From: Acidobacteriota bacterium
GTDB taxonomy: Bacteria > Acidobacteriota > UBA890 > WLXD01
DNA length: 64,000 nt
Direction of reading: 5' to 3'
NCBI GenBank assembly: GCA_963666055.2
Contig: CAXWPH010000007.1
Span: 96,001-160,000 of the forward strand
The notes under the pieces were generated by a model. That model was not told where the DNA came from. It searched no databases and saw nothing but the letters and a program-made list of their open reading frames with translations. A program made the translations under genes and the position numbers. The first letter of the stretch is position 1, and every line of letters begins with the position of its first letter. Shown here piece by piece: positions 20,361-31,766 of this stretch.

Positions 20361-20606
20361 ATGCCTGAGGACAAGTACGCTATTCGCGGCGGTGAGCAGG
20401 GCCGCGAGTGGCTTCGATTACTGAGCCGCATCATGGAGCCGAGCACGAACGCCCTCTTCGACCGCCTGAAGCCCGGGGCGGGCGCATCGTGTCTGGACAT
20501 CGGCTGCGGCGGCGGTGATGTGACTCGAATGCTCGCGGGACGCGTGATCCCGGGTGGCCATGCGGTGGGCATCGACTTCGATCGAAGTCCCATTGGGTAC
20601 AGATAA
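20361..20606 (+). pseudogene. Truncated class I SAM-dependent methyltransferase (N-terminal part only)
   Basis: CLDIGCGGGD motif I and VGID motif II, then an abrupt end. Confidence 0.75.
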
Positions 20607-20778
20607 GCAGCGCAAGGGCGAACGCAATGGGTTCCTTGAGTCCTTTGTCCTTGAAGCGGTCGATAAAGACCCGGTGCTCGAACAACAGCGCCAGGGTGCG
20701 CGGGGAGCGCCGACACAACAGCGACCGCGGCGAGCACTTCGAAGGTACGGTCCCAGTCGAGATGGAACAGATTGGGTC
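20580..20778 (-). pseudogene. Frameshifted fragment of a small membrane protein
   Basis: PNLFHLDWDRTFEVLAAVAVVS, then a frame change to LALLFEHRVFIDRFKDKGLKEPIAFALALLICTQWDFD; both ends missing. Confidence 0.5.
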
Positions 20779-22792
20779 AGGGAAAATCCAGGAGCTCGCG
20801 CAGCCTGTGCGTCAGCGCGCCCGGCGTGAACGGCTTCTGAAGCAGAGCCCTCCCCTGATCCGACAGGCCGCGATCGGCGAGGACCTCTTCCGCATAGCCC
20901 GATATATACAGCACCTTCAGCTGCGGGCTCAGCGTGGTCAACCGCTCCGCCAGCTCAAGACCGCTCATTTTCGGCATGACCACATCAGTCAGCAGCAGGT
21001 TGATCGGCCCCTCGTGCCGCTCGGCGATCTCGATAGCCTCTGGGCCTCCCGGCGCCTCCAGAACCCGGTACCCGTTCCTCTCCAGGACCGTGCGGACCAG
21101 CGTGCGCACCGGCTCTTCGTCTTCCACCAGCAGCACGGTCTCCGTGCCCTGCAGCAGCGTGGCTGGCGCACTACCGGGTTCGAGCGGCTCGGTGATCTCA
21201 TCGACCCGCGGCAGGTAGATCTTGAAGGTCGTGCCATGCCCAGGCTCGCTGTCAACGTTGATGAACCCGTCGCTCTGCTTCACGATCCCGTAGACCGTCG
21301 ATAGTCCCAGGCCGGTTCCGGCGCCCGTGTCCTTGGTGGTATAGAACGGCTCGAAGATCCTCTCCCGGGTCTCCTCGTCGATGCCGCGACCCGTATCGCT
21401 CACCACCAGCATCACATAGCGGCCCGGCACGATGGCCTCCTGCGAACGCGGATCGGCCTCGTCCACATCCAGGTTCGCCGTCGCGATCCTGAGCTGACCG
21501 CCGTCGGGCATCGCGTCCCGGGCGTTGATTGCGAGGTTCATGATCACCTGCCCAACCTGTGCCGGGTCGGCCTTCACGCTGCCCAGCGCAGAGTCGAGTT
21601 CGGTGATCACCTCGACGTCCTCGCCGATCAAGCGGCGGAGCAACTTCTGCACCTCGGCCACGGAGGCGTTCAAATCGAGCACCTTGGGCGTCAGCATCTG
21701 GCGACGGCTGAAGGCCAGGAGCTGCTGGGTCAAAGCGGCGGCACGTTCCGAGGCTTTCAAGATCTCCTCGACCTCTTCGCGCTGCCGGTCAGCGAGGTGC
21801 AGGTCGTCGCTCAGCAGAAGCTCGGCGTTACCAATGATGGCCGTGAGCATGTTGTTGAAGTCGTGGGCCACGCCTCCGGTCAGTTGGCCCACCGCCTCCA
21901 TCTTCTGAACCTGGCGGAGTTGCGCTTCGACCTGACGCTGCTCCGTGATGTCCTGAACGATCCCCGCTTCTCCGAGGGGCGCCCCCTCCTCGTCGACCAC
22001 CGCCTCGCCAACTTCGCGGACTAGGCGCACCTCCCCGTCCTGGCGCACAAGGCGGTACTCGACCTCGTAGCGGCCTTCCGGTGTGAGAGTCTCGAGCTCC
22101 ATGACGAGCTCCTGATCGTCCGGGTGGACGAACTTCGTCACGAACTCGTCATACGGAAAGACACCGTCCTCGCCTGCCGGCAGCTGCAGAATCTTCATGA
22201 GGCCTTGCGAGATCGTCAGCTGATCCTCGGCCGGGCTCCGGAAGCAGAAGCCGAGGTGCGCAATCTCGTGACACTGCCTGAACAGCAACTCGCGCTTGCG
22301 CAGCTCGGCCGTGCGCTCGGCGACCCTCTGCTCGAGCTCTTCGTGCGCGCGGGCGAGCTCCAGCTCGGCCAACACCCGTTTGGTGACATCTTGGACGAAA
22401 CCCACGGAACGGACGTATGAGCCATCTTCCTCCTGGATCGCCACCTCCGCTTCGCGCACGTGGACCATAGGCCCGCGCGCCGGCAGCATTCGGTACTCGA
22501 TGACGGCTTCAGGACCCCGGCCCAGGAGGCTGCTGGCCCAGTGACGGTAGCGCTCACGGTCGTCGGGATGGACGAACTCCAGATCGGCTTCGAGCGACGC
22601 CACCCGCCGCATGTACTCTTCAACGGAGAGGCCGTGGAGCCTGGCCAGCTCCGCAGAGCAGTAGAGGCACTTGTCCTCGACCAGGTCCCATTCCCAGTGA
22701 CCCATCCTGGCGAGGTGCTCTGTCTGTTCCGAGAGGGACTGAACTCTCCGGAGGTCATCGACAGAATCTCGGGCTCGATCGTCTGAGGACAT
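20777..22792 (-). CDS. PAS-domain hybrid sensor histidine kinase/response regulator
   Basis: Two PAS_3-like VHPDD domains, AHDFNN H-box, NARDAM, GTGLGL and a C-terminal receiver (LLVEDE, TDVVMP, KPF). Confidence 0.95.
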   Translation of the reverse strand: MSSDDRARDSVDDLRRVQSLSEQTEHLARMGHWEWDLVEDKCLYCSAELARLHGLSVEEYMRRVASLEADLEFVHPDDRERYRHWASSLLGRGPEAVIEYRMLPARGPMVHVREAEVAIQEEDGSYVRSVGFVQDVTKRVLAELELARAHEELEQRVAERTAELRKRELLFRQCHEIAHLGFCFRSPAEDQLTISQGLMKILQLPAGEDGVFPYDEFVTKFVHPDDQELVMELETLTPEGRYEVEYRLVRQDGEVRLVREVGEAVVDEEGAPLGEAGIVQDITEQRQVEAQLRQVQKMEAVGQLTGGVAHDFNNMLTAIIGNAELLLSDDLHLADRQREEVEEILKASERAAALTQQLLAFSRRQMLTPKVLDLNASVAEVQKLLRRLIGEDVEVITELDSALGSVKADPAQVGQVIMNLAINARDAMPDGGQLRIATANLDVDEADPRSQEAIVPGRYVMLVVSDTGRGIDEETRERIFEPFYTTKDTGAGTGLGLSTVYGIVKQSDGFINVDSEPGHGTTFKIYLPRVDEITEPLEPGSAPATLLQGTETVLLVEDEEPVRTLVRTVLERNGYRVLEAPGGPEAIEIAERHEGPINLLLTDVVMPKMSGLELAERLTTLSPQLKVLYISGYAEEVLADRGLSDQGRALLQKPFTPGALTHRLRELLDFP

Positions 22793-23001
22793 GAAGCTCC
22801 GCGCCCGCGCTATCTGACGGCGCAAACCTCAGGCTTCAAGCTCATCCGCAAACCGCTGTTCGAGGGCGGATATGAAGATCTTCTCGTAAACCTGATCGAC
22901 AACGCTTCGGAGAGCGACGACGTGCGACTAGCCGCCGCCAGTTCCAACTCGGGGTGATTTGGGCTACCTAACGCGACACTCCGACCCGCCTCAATCACTC
23001 G

Positions 23002-23024
23002 GGGGTCCACATAGGGGTCCACAT
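23002..23024. repeat. Tandem GGGGTCCACAT direct repeat, possible integrase arm-type sites
   Basis: 11-mer at 23002-23012 and 23014-23024, about 100 bp beyond the tRNA-Phe 3' end. Confidence 0.5.
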
Positions 23025-23128
23025 TTGAGGCAAAACAGTGGATTCAGGTGAGAAACAGTGAAGTCACTGTCGCGTGAGCGGATTCGCTCAAACGCTGAAA
23101 ACAGGCCATGTAGCCTGGTGTTATTAGG

Positions 23129-23201
23129 TGGGCTCGGGCGGAATTGAACCACCGACGCAGGGCTTTTCAGGCCCTCGCTCTACCGACTGAGCTACGAGCC
23201 C
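23129..23201 (-). tRNA. tRNA-Phe (GAA)
   Basis: GGGCTCG/CGAGCCC acceptor stem, D arm TAGCTCAGTCGGTAGAGC, anticodon loop CTGAAAA, T loop GGTTCAATTCC; CCA not encoded (followed by CCT). Confidence 0.96.
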
Positions 23202-23406
23202 ACCAGAAGACGTTTGGCGGGCGTCTGCGGTCCGGGCGCATCGGACTCGATGCAGCGCGATCTTACTCACGGACCGAAACCTTATAGCCCGTGCCTTCTG
23301 ACCAGTCAAACAGGTTTATTTGCTATAGTAGCCGACGATCTCGGGACGACAAAGCCCCGTTCGGGGCCTGAATTCTCGGCGGTTTTTGCGGTGCAGGAGC
23401 CTGCGC

Positions 23407-24990
23407 ATGAGTGACAACAGAGAACGCTGGGGTACCAGGGTCGGGTTGATTCTTGCCATGGCGGGGAACGCCGTCGGGCTGGGCAATTTCCTGCGCTTCC
23501 CGGTCCAGGCGGCATCGAACGGCGGCGGCGCCTTCATGATCCCCTACTTCATCTGCTTCCTGCTGCTGGGCATCCCGTTGATGTGGGTGGAGTGGTCGAT
23601 CGGGCGCTACGGCGGCCGCTACGGACACTCCTCGACGCCCGGCATGATGGCCAGGATCTGGGACCATCCGGCGGCAAAGTACGTCGGCGTGGCGGGCTTG
23701 TTCATGCCTCTCGTGGTGATGATCTACTACACCTATATCGAGTCGTGGTCGCTCGGCTACACGATCTTCACTGCCACGGGGTCGTACTGGGGTGCGGCCG
23801 AGTACGAGCCCATGGTGGCCTTCTTGCGCAGCTATCACGGCATCCCCATCGACATGGGCGATCCGGCGGTGTCCGGCGCCGGGCTCACCTATTTCACCTC
23901 CATAACGTGGGCCTGGGTGTTGTTCCTCGTGACCCTGTGCGCCAACGTTTGGATCCTGTCAAAGGGCGTGTCGGGCGGCATCGAGGCGATCGCCAAGATC
24001 GCCATGCCAACGCTCTTCGTGTTCGCCATCGTGCTGGTGATCCGGGTGCTCACCCTGGGTACTCCGGATCCGGCGCTCCCCGACTACAGCATTGCCGCCG
24101 GCATGGGGTTCGTGTGGAACCCGGTGCCAGAGCTCCTCACCAGCCCCAGCGTGTGGCTGGCGGCAGCCGGACAGGTGTTCTTCACCCTCAGCCTCGGGCT
24201 GGGATCGATTCACTGCTACGCCAGCTACCTGCGCGAGAACGACGACATCGCCCTGACCGGCCTGGCAACCGCAGCCACCAACGAATTCGCCGAAGTCGTG
24301 CTCGGTGGCACGCTCGCGATCCCGGCCGCGGTGGCATTCTTCGGGCTCGAGCGCACCCAAGAGCTGGCCGGCAACGGCTTCGACCTGGCCTTCGCGGTCA
24401 TGCCGACGCTCTTCCAGCAGATCCCGGCGGGGCAGTTCTTCGGCGCGATGTGGTTTGCCCTGCTTTTCTTCGCCGGTATCACGTCGTCGCTCGCCATGGG
24501 TCAGCCGATCATGGCGTTTCTGCAGGAGGAGTACCGCATGACGCGGCAGAAGGCCGCGTTGGTGCTCGGCGCAATGGTGTTCATCGGCTGCCAACCGGTG
24601 ATCTTCTACAACCAGCAGGGCTTCCTGAGCGAGTTCGACTTCTGGGCAGGCACCTTCGGCCTGGTGGTATTCGCCACCGTCGAGATCATCCTGTTCGCCT
24701 GGGTATTCGGCATCGACCGGGGCTGGAAGGAGCTCACCACCGGCGCCGACCTGCAGGTGCCGGTGATCTTCCGCTTCATCATCAAGTACGTGACGCCGAC
24801 GATGCTGCTGGTGATCCTCGGCGGCTGGTTCATGCAGAACGCCCTACCGCAGCTGCGCTACGAGGGCGTGAATCCGGACTACGTGCCCTATGTGCGCGCC
24901 GCCCGTCTGACAATGATCGGCATCTTCGTCGCCTTCTGCGTCGCCGTTTCCTACGCCTGGCGCAACCACTCGACCGCTGACGCGGCCTAA
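23407..24990 (+). CDS. Sodium-dependent transporter, NSS/SNF (LeuT-like) family
   Basis: RERW...GNAVGLGNFLRFP, GGGAFMIPY and GQVFFTLSLG motifs. Confidence 0.96.
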   Translation: MSDNRERWGTRVGLILAMAGNAVGLGNFLRFPVQAASNGGGAFMIPYFICFLLLGIPLMWVEWSIGRYGGRYGHSSTPGMMARIWDHPAAKYVGVAGLFMPLVVMIYYTYIESWSLGYTIFTATGSYWGAAEYEPMVAFLRSYHGIPIDMGDPAVSGAGLTYFTSITWAWVLFLVTLCANVWILSKGVSGGIEAIAKIAMPTLFVFAIVLVIRVLTLGTPDPALPDYSIAAGMGFVWNPVPELLTSPSVWLAAAGQVFFTLSLGLGSIHCYASYLRENDDIALTGLATAATNEFAEVVLGGTLAIPAAVAFFGLERTQELAGNGFDLAFAVMPTLFQQIPAGQFFGAMWFALLFFAGITSSLAMGQPIMAFLQEEYRMTRQKAALVLGAMVFIGCQPVIFYNQQGFLSEFDFWAGTFGLVVFATVEIILFAWVFGIDRGWKELTTGADLQVPVIFRFIIKYVTPTMLLVILGGWFMQNALPQLRYEGVNPDYVPYVRAARLTMIGIFVAFCVAVSYAWRNHSTADAA

Positions 24991-25005
24991 ACCAGGGACA
25001 CGCTC

Positions 25006-25164
25006 ATGGGCATGAACGCGGCAGGCTGGACATTCCTGATCCTCGCCTGGGCCTTCATCTTCGGCCTGGTGATCTTCTGCTTCCGGAAGGTGTTCTCAAC
25101 GGGCGACTCGACGTTCGAGCATCCCGAGAAGACTGCAGGACCCGGAAGCGCACCAGGCGCGTAG
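25006..25164 (+). CDS. Small membrane protein following the NSS transporter (MetS-like)
   Basis: MGMNAAGWTFLILAWAFIFGLVIFCFRKVF... single TM directly downstream of the transporter. Confidence 0.7.
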   Translation: MGMNAAGWTFLILAWAFIFGLVIFCFRKVFSTGDSTFEHPEKTAGPGSAPGA

Positions 25165-25181
25165 CCAGCAGGAGGGTCCTG

Positions 25182-26312
<1,131 letters not shown>

Positions 26313-26336
26313 TGAGACGGCAGCCCCACCACCGTT

Positions 26337-27233
26337 TCAGGAAGACGACAGGTACAACGAAAACACTTGCAGGCCCAACTCACGATCGTCCTGCGAGCTC
26401 GCCTCGATCTCTTGCGGCACCAGAACTGGCGTCACCTCGAGGTTCAGCTCCACCCACTCGTTGTCGCCCATGGCCGAGGCCGGGATGACGATGCGCTCGA
26501 GAAACTCGTCGGCGCCGTTGACCGCAACGTTCGCCACCTCGTTGTCGCCGATACGCAGCACCACTACCTGCGCGCCGACCTCGTCGAACGGCCCATGTGC
26601 ACGCAGATGCAACACCGCTTCCCGGCGTGGGTTGGTAAACACGGCGCGGGATTGTGCCTGACTCCAGCGCCACTCGCGTGGCTCCGGCTCGGTCGCCTGC
26701 TCGGGCGGGTGCCAGCCCTCCATGTAGAGCGGAATCCCCGAAACGTCGTCGGAGCGCACCGTCATCCGATGCGCCTGCACACCCTCTGCCCAGCTGCCAT
26801 CGGCGTCACGGACGCGAGTCCGATTGTCCGGCGAGTACAGACCGACTACGAAGTCCAGGTACTCGGCTTCGAGCGAGTTGGGCGGATAGTACCAGCGCCT
26901 GTACTCCTCGGTCTGACCTGCACGCCACTGGCTTGTGGGCTGCGGTGGGTAGTGATCGTCCTGCAGCAAGATATTGCCGTCAGGATCGATCATGTGGACA
27001 AACACCTTGTAGTCGTCCGCGGGGGCCTCGAACTCGCTGGCCGGCGTCCATACGAACCCGATATCCAGCGGCTCTCCCAGCGGTACGCTCTCCGGGAGAT
27101 CGAGCTGTACCTGAAGGTCCATCTGCGGCGTCTCGTCCTCGGCACAAGCAGCGGAGGTCAACGCAACGACGAGAGCGACGGCGAAGACGATCCGTGCTGG
27201 CCGCGGGCGCTCACGGAACAACGATGTGGGCAT
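26337..27233 (-). CDS. Hypothetical lipoprotein
   Basis: Lipobox-like SAAC; YKVFVH...QDDH-x-P and beta-rich C-terminal domain. Confidence 0.75.
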   Translation of the reverse strand: MPTSLFRERPRPARIVFAVALVVALTSAACAEDETPQMDLQVQLDLPESVPLGEPLDIGFVWTPASEFEAPADDYKVFVHMIDPDGNILLQDDHYPPQPTSQWRAGQTEEYRRWYYPPNSLEAEYLDFVVGLYSPDNRTRVRDADGSWAEGVQAHRMTVRSDDVSGIPLYMEGWHPPEQATEPEPREWRWSQAQSRAVFTNPRREAVLHLRAHGPFDEVGAQVVVLRIGDNEVANVAVNGADEFLERIVIPASAMGDNEWVELNLEVTPVLVPQEIEASSQDDRELGLQVFSLYLSSS

Positions 27234-27485
27234 GAAACTCCTCCGAAAAGTATCGCGGTCGCGGGGAAGCCAGAGCGGTGGTGGCCAGTCGGATCCCGCG
27301 CGTTTACGACCTCCCGTCCCCACAGGCCGTGGCGGCCCAGTCTACCGCTAGGAGCATTCCCATGCTACCTTCCGGCCGTTCCGGCAGGTTGGAGTCGCGC
27401 TCCGAGCAGGCCGCGGGTTCACGGGCTCGACGAAGCCGGGAACATACGGGGGGCCAGAGGGGGCGGACCTTGCACGGAGTGACGC

Positions 27486-27794
27486 ATGTCAATTTCCTAC
27501 GAAGCGCTGGGCATGGTGGAAACCCGGGGTCTGATCGCCTCGATCGAAGCTGCCGACGCAATGGTGAAGGCGGCGAACGTACAGCTGATCGGGCGCGAGC
27601 AGATCGGTGCCGCATTCGTCACCGTGATGGTGCGCGGTGACGTCGGGGCGGTGAAGGCTGCCACCGACGCCGGAGCAGCCGCGGCGCGGCGTGTCGGCGA
27701 GCTGGTGGCCGTCCACGTAATCCCGCGACCGCACGATGAAGTCGAGAAGATCCTGCCGGCAACCGAACTGCAGCCGGACCCGAAGAAGAAGTAG
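27486..27794 (+). CDS. Bacterial microcompartment hexameric shell protein (EutM/PduA-like)
   Basis: [26 protein letters not shown] and VIPRPH motifs. Confidence 0.97.
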   Translation: MSISYEALGMVETRGLIASIEAADAMVKAANVQLIGREQIGAAFVTVMVRGDVGAVKAATDAGAAAARRVGELVAVHVIPRPHDEVEKILPATELQPDPKKK

Positions 27795-27863
27795 CCGACC
27801 CGGAGTCAGGCCTCAAGTGATACGGGGGCGCCTGAACGGACCGTCGGGGCGTAGGCCTCGTCA

Positions 27864-29696
27864 ATGAGTCTGCCGGACCTGGATCGCGACCTGCGATCAA
27901 TTCACGAGGTGCGCGCGCTGACCCGTGCCGCCGCCGCCGCACAGGTACAGCTAGAGCAGGACTCGCAGGAACAGGTCGACGCGATCGTCGAAGCAATGGG
28001 CTCGGCAGGCCTGCGCGAGAGCGCCCGCCTGGCGGCGATGGCGGTCGAGGAGACCGGCTACGGCAACGTCGACGACAAGATTGCCAAGAACAACTTCGTG
28101 CTCGAGCAAGTCGTCGAGGCAATGCGTGGCATGCGCACCGTCGGGGTGATCCGCGAGGACTCGGCAGCGAGCGTGCGGGAGATCGCCGAGCCGGTCGGTG
28201 TGGTGGCGGCGATCATCCCCACCACGAACCCCACATCGACGGCGATGTTCAAAGCTCTCATCGCCTTGAAGGCACGTTGCGGCGTGGTGCTCTCACCGCA
28301 CCCCAATGCCAAGGCGTGCATCAAGTCTTCCGCCGACGTGATGCACGAGGCCGCGGTTGCCGCCGGGGCTCCTCGAGACATTATCGGCTGCATGACCGTG
28401 ATAACGATGGAAGGCACGCGCGAGCTCATGCACGATCGCAACATCAACGTGATCCTGGCAACCGGCGGCATGGCGATGGTGCGTTCGGCGTACTCGGCCG
28501 GCAAACCGGCATACGGCGTCGGGCCTGGCAACGTCCCCGCCTACATCGAGCGCAGCGCCGACGTCGAGCAGGCGGTCGCAGACATCATTGCCGGCACCAC
28601 ATTCGACAACGGTACGCTGTGCTCTTCGGAGCAGGCGATTATCTGCGACCGAGGCATACGCGACCGCGTCGCCGCCGCGCTGCAGGTCAACGGCGGACAC
28701 TTCCTGTCGCCGGACGAGTGCGAGCAGCTGGCGTCGGTGCTGATCACCGACAAGCTGCTCGTCAACACGACGCTGGTGGGCCAGACAGCGGAAACCATCG
28801 CCGCTGCTGCGGGCGTCGATGTTCCGGCGGGAACGCGGGTGCTGATATGCCCGCAGGACGGGGTCGGACGCGACTATCCGTTGTCGCACGAGAAGCTCTC
28901 GCCGGTGCTGGCGTTCTACGAGGTCGAGGACTGGAAGGAGGGCTGCGAGCGCTGCCGGCAGCTGCTGCAGTTCGGCGGCCAGGGACACACGATGGTGATC
29001 CATTCCCAGGATGACTCGGTGGTGCTGGAGTTCGGTCTGCACAAGCCGGCGCATCGTGTACTGGTGAACACCGTCGCCGCGGTCGGCGCCGTGGGGCTGA
29101 CCACCGGGTTGTTCCCGTCGATGACGCTGGGCTGTGGCTCCTGGGGCAACAACATCACTTCCGACAACATTGGCCCCCAGCACCTGATCAACATCAAACG
29201 CCTGGCGTACGGGAACCGACCGTTCCGCAGTTCCTCGTCCACCGTACCGCGAGCCGCTGCGCGGCAGCGGGAGGCTGCACCCGAGGCGACCGCAGCGGCA
29301 GCACGCCACGACGACCTGGAGGGGCAGGTCGGTGAGTTTCTGCGCGGCAGGGGTATAATCGCTCCGGCAACCAGTATCCCGGGCGTGGGCAAAGCCGCCG
29401 CCCATGGGGACAGCTGCGGTTGTCCTATATGCCAGCACGGTGACTCTGGAACCGTGGGCAAGACGAGACCAGAGTCATCGCGTCGGGCGTACGCGGCGAC
29501 TCCGACAAACCGACCGATGGATCAGGAGCGGGAGGCGGGAAGCGCAACGGTTGCTGCACCTGTCGACTTCGTCGCGGAAGCGGACGTACGACGTGCGCTG
29601 GACCGCGGCGAGACCATACGCATCGGCCCACAGACCATCATCACTCCCCTGGCATACGAATTTGGTGAAGAACACGACCTGTTCCAGCGGCGTTGA
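27864..29696 (+). CDS. CoA-acylating aldehyde dehydrogenase (EutE/PduP-like) with long C-terminal extension
   Basis: PTTNPTST, ATGG, GVGPGN, FDNGTLCSSEQ (catalytic Cys), EKLSP and LGCG motifs. Confidence 0.94.
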   Translation: MSLPDLDRDLRSIHEVRALTRAAAAAQVQLEQDSQEQVDAIVEAMGSAGLRESARLAAMAVEETGYGNVDDKIAKNNFVLEQVVEAMRGMRTVGVIREDSAASVREIAEPVGVVAAIIPTTNPTSTAMFKALIALKARCGVVLSPHPNAKACIKSSADVMHEAAVAAGAPRDIIGCMTVITMEGTRELMHDRNINVILATGGMAMVRSAYSAGKPAYGVGPGNVPAYIERSADVEQAVADIIAGTTFDNGTLCSSEQAIICDRGIRDRVAAALQVNGGHFLSPDECEQLASVLITDKLLVNTTLVGQTAETIAAAAGVDVPAGTRVLICPQDGVGRDYPLSHEKLSPVLAFYEVEDWKEGCERCRQLLQFGGQGHTMVIHSQDDSVVLEFGLHKPAHRVLVNTVAAVGAVGLTTGLFPSMTLGCGSWGNNITSDNIGPQHLINIKRLAYGNRPFRSSSSTVPRAAARQREAAPEATAAAARHDDLEGQVGEFLRGRGIIAPATSIPGVGKAAAHGDSCGCPICQHGDSGTVGKTRPESSRRAYAATPTNRPMDQEREAGSATVAAPVDFVAEADVRRALDRGETIRIGPQTIITPLAYEFGEEHDLFQRR

Positions 29697-31731
29697 CTCA
29701 GCGGGTCGCAAGCCGGCCATTGCCCTACTCGTTCTGCTTGCCGCCATCGCGGCGGGTTGCTCCAAGGCCACCGCACCGCCGCCGGAACTGGTGCCGCCAA
29801 CCGCCATCGAAGCGCCCCCACCCACCGTGGAAGAGCTCCGCGTCGAAGCCGACCGCCACTACAGTCTCGGAGCCGACGCCCTTCGCGGCGGCGATGAAGT
29901 CGCCGCCCAACAACATTTCGACGCCGCGCTCAACGTTTTCATGGAGGCCGACATTCCGCTGGGCGACGAGGCAGAGTTCCGCAGCGCCTTCAACAGGGTG
30001 GTCAACCGGGTCGACGCGCAGCAGCTCGACGTCTACCTGATCCCGGTCGAGGCCAGAGCGCCCGACCTCCCCAGCGAAGAGATCCCCGTACTCAGCAGCG
30101 CCGAGATCGATATGCTCCGGGCCCGCCTCGCCGACACGCTACCGGCGCTGCCACGCTTTACGATCCCGGTGCCAGCCGACCACCCGCGCGTCATCGAAGC
30201 GGTGAAGTTCCTGTCGACGCAGCGCCGTGAGGTCATCCAGGGCGGCCTCGAACGCGCCCAGCGTTACCTACCATTGATCCACGAGACCTTCGCCAAGGCC
30301 GGCGTGCCCGGCGAGCTGGCCTGGATCCCGCTCATCGAAAGCCTCTTCAAGCCGGTCGTGCGCTCGCGAGCCAGTGCCGTGGGGCTCTGGCAGCTGATGG
30401 CGCCCACAGCGCGTCTCTACGGGCTTCGCGTCGACTACTTCGTCGACGAGCGGCGTGATCCGGTGAAATCGACGGCGGCCATCGCGCGCTTCATTCTCGA
30501 CTACCACGCGGAGTTCGGAGATTGGCACCTGGCGATCGCCGCGTACAACGGCGGTAAGGGCCGCGTCGCGCGAGCCCTGCGGCGTACCGATACGACCGAC
30601 TTCTGGAGCCTGGCCGCTACGCGGGCGCTGCCGCGCGAGACGCGCGAGTTCGTTCCCAAGATCCTCGCCGCCATCCTCATCGGCTCGGACCCGGGTCTCT
30701 ACGACTTCATGATCGAGGAGCAGCCACCGTTCGTGTTCGACGAGGTGACCATCGACTCGATGACCGATCTGCAGGTCATCGCCGAGGCCGCCGGCACGAC
30801 GCTCGAGATTATCCAGCAGCTGAACCCACAGCTGCTACGCCGCACCACGCCCAGGATTCCGGAGTACACCCTGAGGGTCCCCGCCGGCCGGGCGCGCGAC
30901 TTCCGCGTTGCCTATGCTGCCATCCCGGTCGAGGAGCGCGTGCGCGTTGTCGAGCACGTTGTCAGCCGCGGCGAGACGCTGTCGGAGATAGGTGACGACT
31001 ACGGTCTGTCGTGGCGCGCCGTCGCCGACTACAACGGCATCCGCGACCCGCGGCGGGTTCGCGCCGGCACCAAGCTCCTGATTCCGGTTGCACAGGCAGC
31101 GGGTAGCGTCGCGGCGCCGAACAGCGTACGCCCGGAGCTAGTGCGACGCTCGGGCGTGACGCGCGGCGACAAGATCGTGCACACCGTGCGCCGGGGCGAG
31201 AGCCTGTGGCTGATCGCACGCGCCTACGACACCAGGGTGGCCGACGTGAAGCGGTGGAACGGGCTCCGGTCTGATCGGCTCAGTCAGGGCGATACCCTCG
31301 ACATCTACTATGGCGGTGCTACGAGCAATGCGCCGGCCGTGGCCGCCAAGCCTGCTGATAGCGCGGCCACCCCGGATCGTGCAGCCTCCTCGAGTCCAGC
31401 CAGCACACAAGAGCTCGCCTACACCGTGCGCCGCGGCGATACTCTCGACTCCATCGCACGCCTGCACGGAGTGTCACTGCGCGACCTACGCGCCTGGAAC
31501 GGCCTATCGTCGAGCCGCATCTATCCCGGCGACAAGCTGACCCTTCACACCGACGGCAGCTCGATCGCGACTACCTACACGGTGCGCCGCGGTGACACGC
31601 TGGGCCGCATCGCGCAACGCTTCGGCGTGACGGTAGCGAAGCTCTGCGCCTGGAACGGCATCGCCACCAACACGACGCTGTTCCCCGGTAACCGGCTGAT
31701 AATCCGCAACACCGTCAACACCGGGCAATAG
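29665..31731 (+). CDS. mltD: Membrane-bound lytic transglycosylase D-like protein with four LysM domains
   Basis: Lipobox AAGC, IES, GLWQLM and AAYNGG SLT motifs; four V-x-RG-[ED]-[TS]-L LysM repeats; start uncertain. Confidence 0.88.
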   Translation: MKNTTCSSGVDSAGRKPAIALLVLLAAIAAGCSKATAPPPELVPPTAIEAPPPTVEELRVEADRHYSLGADALRGGDEVAAQQHFDAALNVFMEADIPLGDEAEFRSAFNRVVNRVDAQQLDVYLIPVEARAPDLPSEEIPVLSSAEIDMLRARLADTLPALPRFTIPVPADHPRVIEAVKFLSTQRREVIQGGLERAQRYLPLIHETFAKAGVPGELAWIPLIESLFKPVVRSRASAVGLWQLMAPTARLYGLRVDYFVDERRDPVKSTAAIARFILDYHAEFGDWHLAIAAYNGGKGRVARALRRTDTTDFWSLAATRALPRETREFVPKILAAILIGSDPGLYDFMIEEQPPFVFDEVTIDSMTDLQVIAEAAGTTLEIIQQLNPQLLRRTTPRIPEYTLRVPAGRARDFRVAYAAIPVEERVRVVEHVVSRGETLSEIGDDYGLSWRAVADYNGIRDPRRVRAGTKLLIPVAQAAGSVAAPNSVRPELVRRSGVTRGDKIVHTVRRGESLWLIARAYDTRVADVKRWNGLRSDRLSQGDTLDIYYGGATSNAPAVAAKPADSAATPDRAASSSPASTQELAYTVRRGDTLDSIARLHGVSLRDLRAWNGLSSSRIYPGDKLTLHTDGSSIATTYTVRRGDTLGRIAQRFGVTVAKLCAWNGIATNTTLFPGNRLIIRNTVNTGQ

Positions 31732-31766
31732 GACGGGGCGCCGTCGCAGACGGCCCGCATCGCGGC

